Source: a virus. From it: a stretch of 64,000 nucleotides of DNA. The notes below the pieces were generated by a model. The model made no database searches. It was not told the origin of the DNA and saw only the letters and a list, made by a program, of their open reading frames with translations. Position numbers and translations under genes: made by a program. Of the stretch, positions 58,965 to 64,000 are shown piece after piece. The first letter of the stretch is position 1; the number at the start of each line of letters is the position of its first letter. The stretch is taken from IMG/VR virus record IMGVR_UViG_3300028374_000796; one strand, 5' to 3'.

Positions 58965-59610
58965 ATGTCTCATTCAATTTCACAACTAGCACAACGAGTG
59001 GCTAATCGCTCTTTCCACTTTGAAAATAAAGCCATGGAGCGAATGGCGGCTTCAAATAAACTGGAACTAAAAGGCTAAGATCGTAAAGACTATGCGGACG
59101 AGGTATTTAATATGGTTAAGGTAACTTATGCCAGTATTGGAGTACCTGCTTCCAGTGCTTCTTACCTCCTTAAATATTCTTTATGGTGGGTTTACCTCAA
59201 TGCGGATGGAAAACCAATAGCTTTCAATTGTTTTAAAGAGACTAAATTTGGTTTGAAATCAGGACTTGCAGGTAGCGATGGCACCTCGGAAGGTAAAGGG
59301 CTTTTGGTAGACCTTATTAGAGTTAAATTTAAGAAAGAAGGTATTTATGGCGAAGTATCACACAGTGTAAAAGGCATTGCAATGGCAGCAGGTGCTCCCG
59401 TTGTTCCTGCTAGTTAAGATACTAGGAAAGCCTGTTGACATCTCAGAAGATGGTATGCATTATACTCGAAATATCACCAATGTAGGTACGGTTGAGAAGA
59501 TTATGCTAGGTAAACCTCGCGGTGTTTCTACGATAACCGCTGCTGGTGCTTCTCCTATAGAGGATGATCATTCCGATCGGGACGCACACCTTCAATGCTT
59601 GATAATGTAA
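58965..59610 (+). pseudogene. Disrupted gene with an RVA-type leader
   Basis: MSHSISQLAQRVANR...KG*DRKDYADEVFNMVKV...: in-frame TAA at 59076-59078, then a frame change near 59410 linking the track ORFs 59112-59417 and 59377-59610. Confidence 0.7.
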
Positions 59611-60100
59611 GAGACTTTTTCAACCATTAGATCGTGAGAGTTTCTCAATCGATGGCTGTCTTCAACTTCAATTACGTTGATTCCATGTCCTTCACAAAAC
59701 GTTGTTACTGTATCTAGAGGTACAATTTCATCAAGGGTACCGTGGATTACGAAGGCATTCTCAGGATCCGGCATCGACGTGATTTCACTGGCAGCTTCAT
59801 TATGAAGAGCAGGAGCCAGTAGTACATACCCTTTGATCCTCTCAGGATGTCTGGAGTAAAGTAGCGCAGCCAGCAGCCCTCCATAAGAAGATCCTACCAC
59901 CACTAGATTTTCCATTCCTTCCGTAAGATCCTCGATTACCATCAAAGATCCACACCTTGGAAGTCTGGAGAATCTACAGAAAAATTCTGATGTAGGGTTC
60001 CGTACTTCGATCCATGAGGACCGCTTTCCTTTCCATGTAAAAACAGGACATGGTTATCCCAGTCCTCAGGATCATATTCTAAACCTTTTATGTCAGTCAT
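59592..60100 (-). pseudogene. Split alpha/beta hydrolase (YqiA-like esterase)
   Basis: N-part 60100-59942 (VLFLHGKESGPHGSKY...PDFQG) stops; C-part 59945-59592 in another frame carries GSSYGG, GTLDEIV and SH. Confidence 0.75.
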
Positions 60101-60148
60101 ATCGTACTCCTTCCTAGTAGTGGTTGTCTATCTTTCTTCCTTCACCTA

Positions 60149-60177
60149 TATATACCCTGGTTCTCAGGGAATTACAA
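60149..60177 (-). promoter_or_regulatory. Promoter, CCAGGG family
   Basis: TTGTAA-N17-TATATA. Confidence 0.75.
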
Positions 60178-60204
60178 AACTATTTTCATGATAGTTCAAG
60201 TTAA

Positions 60205-61005
60205 TTACGCTTCAACAAATTCTCCCTTGTCATTTAACTTGTACGCAACATCTGGCAGTAACCCATCTTCTCCGATGTATCCAACTTTTGTTCTCCTTCT
60301 GCCCTCACAATAATACTCTATCATTATCTGTCCATATTCGCCAGCTTTGGCAGTTCCATACTTGCCAGCACTGGCTGATCCAAACTTGCCAACAGTAGCG
60401 GTACCATGTCTTCCCGCAGTGGCAGTTCCATACTTGCCAGCACTGGCTGATCCAAACTTGTCAACAGTAGCGGTACCATATTCGCCAGCAGTAGCTGAGC
60501 CATCATATCCAGCACTGGCTGATCCAAACTTGCCAACAGTAGCGGTACCATTATCTCCGACAATGGCTGTACCATGTCTTCCCGCAGTGGCAGTTCCATG
60601 GTCCCCAGCAGTGGCTGTGCCACCCTTCCTAACTTCAACAGTCGCCCCAATGACATCTGTATGGCCTCTATCTAGCAGGTAGCTAGTGGCAGAAGATTGA
60701 TCTCCTACATGAACAACTCTGGCCCAAGGGGCCTTCACTTTACCTACAAGATCTACGATCAGATCTGTTGGCATCTCTACGACCATCCAGATGGCACTCT
60801 CACTCCAGTCTAACAGGTTGCCCTTCCCCTTACCGTATAGGGCACCCTGCAGTCCACCTCCACAGACGGCTTCATCTGTCCAGTCATCGCAGGCAGCTAC
60901 AGACCCAATTTCCAAGGGCCACTGGAAACCCCTGTCGGATGTTCCATCCGAGTTACAGGTTCTCAATACTAAAGAAGTTTCCACATCTAGGTTAAAGTCT
61001 TCCAT
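60205..61005 (-). CDS. Phage protein with 8-aa Gly/Ala/Thr repeats (probable beta-solenoid)
   Basis: N-terminal LVLRTC...GFQWP...CGGGLQG; repeats of TATAGxxG; C-terminal VGYIGEDGL.PDVAYKL. Confidence 0.85.
   Translation of the reverse strand: MEDFNLDVETSLVLRTCNSDGTSDRGFQWPLEIGSVAACDDWTDEAVCGGGLQGALYGKGKGNLLDWSESAIWMVVEMPTDLIVDLVGKVKAPWARVVHVGDQSSATSYLLDRGHTDVIGATVEVRKGGTATAGDHGTATAGRHGTAIVGDNGTATVGKFGSASAGYDGSATAGEYGTATVDKFGSASAGKYGTATAGRHGTATVGKFGSASAGKYGTAKAGEYGQIMIEYYCEGRRRTKVGYIGEDGLLPDVAYKLNDKGEFVEA
60340..60630. repeat. 24-bp coding tandem repeats organised in 72-bp higher-order units
   Basis: CAGCACTGGCTGATCCAAACTTG recurs at 60366, 60438 and 60510 (72-bp spacing). Confidence 0.85.
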
Positions 61006-61058
61006 TTTTGCTTCCTTTGATCTCAGGTTCGTTAAGTTGTTTGCTCTCTCTTACACTC

Positions 61059-61087
61059 TATATACCCTGGAGATCTTGGAATTACAA
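61059..61087 (-). promoter_or_regulatory. Promoter, CCAGGG family
   Basis: TTGTAA-N17-TATATA upstream of the repeat protein. Confidence 0.75.
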
Positions 61088-61095
61088 ATCTATTT

Positions 61096-61383
61096 TCATT
61101 CCCAATGCCCCGCACCTTTGAAACAAGTAACGCTAATTTCGATGAGGGTGGGGACTCCGTAACTATGAATTGTGGTAATATTGAAATTGCACCGTAGAAG
61201 ACGTTCGATACGTCGCCGCTCTTCTTTCGACTCCAGACTCACATAAATTCGGGAGTCTCGTCCATACGTCTCATTACTTAGGACCTTCATCTTAGGCTTA
61301 CTATTAGTCATCCTCAGCAGAAAAGAATTTATTCCCGAAAACCGAATGCTGAAAACACGGATGATGATCCTAGCTATCGACAC
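61096..61383 (-). CDS. Small hypothetical protein
   Basis: 95-aa ORF; true start uncertain. Confidence 0.45.
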   Translation of the reverse strand: MSIARIIIRVFSIRFSGINSFLLRMTNSKPKMKVLSNETYGRDSRIYVSLESKEERRRIERLLRCNFNITTIHSYGVPTLIEISVTCFKGAGHWE

Positions 61384-61474
61384 GACTAAAAGTCTCCTTG
61401 ACTCTTTGTCACTTCTCTGCTAAAAATAAGATCCATTATTTTCCTGTCAGAAAAACAAATGAGTAAATCAGCCT

Positions 61475-61885
61475 ATGAGTACTATTCCCTCATTTCAGGA
61501 AGTCGGTCAGCACCTCCAGGAGCGCTATCCTACCTTCAATTGGGACCTTGACCCTCCTCACGCAGAGAAACGTCTCCTGGGTCCACAGGACCATCCTCTG
61601 GGCGTTATCTATTGCTTTACTGCAACCCCGATCAGGGTACAATTCCTTTTTCATGAGAAAAAAGAGAGCGTTAGCTTCCAGATCTGGTATCTAGCTCCCC
61701 AAGGATCAGGAGAAGAGAGGTGGTCTTACTTAGTTGTAGAAGGGGGTGACCCTCCCTCTAATTGGATTCAAATCGCTGAGACGGCATTTGAGAGGGTCTA
61801 CAATGAGGTAATACCCGCAGTTGATAACCTACTGGACATCTGGACCAAATGTCATAACAGTTTACCCTTTAAAAGAGAGAAATAA
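61475..61885 (+). CDS. Small paralog-family protein
   Basis: VGQHLQERYPTFNW...NWIQIAETAF. Confidence 0.7.
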   Translation: MSTIPSFQEVGQHLQERYPTFNWDLDPPHAEKRLLGPQDHPLGVIYCFTATPIRVQFLFHEKKESVSFQIWYLAPQGSGEERWSYLVVEGGDPPSNWIQIAETAFERVYNEVIPAVDNLLDIWTKCHNSLPFKREK

Positions 61886-62595
61886 GTATCATTGTCAAAG
61901 CCAGAAAGGTACTTCACGTAATTCTAACACATAATACATACCAAATGCTAGTTACCCCGAAAGAAAAAAAAGCTATCTCTCAAATAAAGTACCTTCTCAA
62001 GAAGTCTCAGAATTATAAGGACAGATCCAAAACTGCCCTTGACAAGGAGACTAGTAACCAGCTATTATATGCTAAATCCCAACAGTATAGTTCAGAGGCG
62101 TATAAATGAAGATCACTATACCTTTCAAAACAGAATACGAGAAGAGAGTTTGGAAACTACTCGAAAGTTACTTTATCTTTAATAATAAATATGCTACCAT
62201 GATGGAGGAGTATATATGATCATCATTGGAAAAAAACGGTTTCCAGTACTAGACCCTCCTTCGATAACTCGCTAGGAGTTCCCGGAGGTTATATCTATAA
62301 GAAGGTCATAGACGCTAGCCCTGGAGATCTTGGAAAATATTCAAAGGGGATGCATCCATAATCTCCGACAGTGGCAAAATGATGTAAATGAAAATGAAAA
62401 TGACGAAGTAGAGCCAATCACAATCAAGACCCCGAGCAAGACCACGACCACGACCCAAGACACTTTCCGATCACAGACAGTAATACCATCTCTTATATTG
62501 TAGAAGACCTCGTTACCCTTGTCCAAAAATTCAGATCGGAGGATCCTGACCTCCTTCTAGAAGAACACGATGATAACTATTTCCAGATACGGTAC

Positions 62596-62796
62596 TTGAT
62601 GTTGAGGTCAAACCCTAAGGTGCAAATAATACGGTCATGGTCCAATCCTCATGATCCCGAAGATGATCCCCCCCCTATCTTCCAATTCACAATATCTAAA
62701 CAGACTAATAAAGAGACATTTAGTGTGCAAAGTGATGTCTCCTTAGAAGATGCTATTGCCAAAGCTATAGAAATGGGTTTGGTTATCCCCTCTTAA
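62596..62796 (+). CDS. Small hypothetical protein or gene remnant
   Basis: Ends VQSDVSLEDAIAKAIEMGLV; a related, frameshifted copy lies near 63350. Confidence 0.4.
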   Translation: MMLRSNPKVQIIRSWSNPHDPEDDPPPIFQFTISKQTNKETFSVQSDVSLEDAIAKAIEMGLVIPS

Positions 62797-63146
62797 GTGT
62801 CTCTTACCTTGTATACCTTCCTCACCATCATCATTATAACTTTATACTTTACCAGGGGTAAACCTCTCTTAGCGTGTCTCATAAGGGATCTTGGTTACTC
62901 ATCGTTTCAATATTTTAACACTTCTTACTGAGATCTTCAATATTTTAAGATCCATATCGTTCTATTTCTAGGGATCTTAGGATCATTATCATCATCATCA
63001 TCATTATAATCTAGGATCCTGCAAAATATGAAGACCTCCTCAGCACTCTCCTAAGACGTTTCTATAGATGATAACAGTCCTAGTACCAATGAACCCTCCT
63101 CTTGTCCTTACGTTCTCTCTCCCTTACCCTCACAATGGGTATTTAA

Positions 63147-63530
63147 TTGAGTACTCTACCTACGATAATAGGAAACTTACGGCGTGCTGCGATCATCTAC
63201 CATCAGACCCACATCATGAAGACCCACATCATGACTGGCTTATCCACACAGACCCCTAGTATGCAGTCATTGAAGAGGATACCAAGGATACCAAGGATAA
63301 AGATGATGTCTCTTCCACTATCACTTGACCATGTCCCGAATTTCCAGAACAGGATACTAATAGAGTTGAAAGTGATGTCTCTTAGAAGATGTAGCCTTAT
63401 GTGCAAAAGAGTGATACCTTCTAATATGGAGGACTATATAGAAACCTTGCAATATGGAGGACACCTAGAACCTCCCATCCTAGAGGATGCTGTCAAACAA
63501 GCTATAACAGATCGCATTGTCATCCTATAG
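63147..63530 (+). pseudogene. Degenerate region containing a frameshifted copy of the 62596-62796 C-terminus
   Basis: AAAGTGATGTCTCTTAGAAGATG versus AAAGTGATGTCTCCTTAGAAGATG (1-bp deletion); ends LEDAVKQAI. Confidence 0.4.
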
Positions 63531-64000
63531 TGTATCTTGTTTTGTATGATAGTGCGTATTCTATCCTGTATTGTAACATATGCCTTTAAAACGTCTCATA
63601 AGGGTTCTGGCTTTGTTGTTGCACTCTGTTACTCATCGTTTCGATTTTTAACACTTTTTTACTTGACTTTTCGTTTCTTCTTACTGGGATCTTCAGTGTT
63701 TTGAGGTTACCCCTCTCTTCTTCCTGATGATCATACTTCCCCTAACGGGATCTATACTCAGTGCCCTTTAAACCAGGATCTTCTTGTTCTTTCCTAAGAT
63801 CCCGAATAGCGAACATCGCACTTCCTGTTTCTTTTTCTAATCTGGATGAACTCAGTTTCTTCAGTGTTTTGAATAGTCAATATCTGGTTAATAAGGGGTA
63901 TTTTATTCAAGAAAAAAGGGGTTTTTAATACGCATTTAAAAGAAGAAGGGTTGAAAGGTGCTTTTATCCGTCCTCATCGTCATCCTCATCATCACCCTCC

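Overview
Gene-dense, AT-rich window most consistent with a large (jumbo) bacteriophage genome. The phage call is inferred from gene content; no capsid, terminase or portal gene is recognisable here. 1-19 kb is a minus-strand DNA/RNA metabolism block: RecD2-like helicase, RNA ligase, NAD-dependent DNA ligase, topoisomerase IB-ParB fusion, class II ribonucleotide reductase with a LAGLIDADG intein, clamp-loader delta and delta-prime, and a KH protein. A low-complexity non-coding gap follows at about 19.1-20.4 kb. Next come a vWA/AAA (CobT/CobS-like) pair, a sigma factor, a 5' tmRNA fragment, tandem AAA ATPases, two GHKL ATPases, tRNA-Trp, a candidate ~390-nt structured RNA, an HD protein and an amidase endolysin. 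Small paralogous ORFs and a decaying pseudogene-rich zone (57-64 kb) close the window. Most notable observations: (1) an ~26-aa N-terminal leader (LKxQLIRLGSxxPELRxHL) shared by otherwise unrelated proteins, a possible virion-targeting system; (2) an intein ending in Gly instead of Asn, inserted at the RNR catalytic Cys; (3) a promoter-driven tmRNA 5' half with intact pseudoknot 1 but no 3' half found; (4) a promoter- and terminator-bounded structured RNA candidate; (5) a seven-copy promoter family TTG(T/A)AA-N11-CCAGGG-TATA(T/G)A. All family assignments come from motifs read by eye, not database searches.
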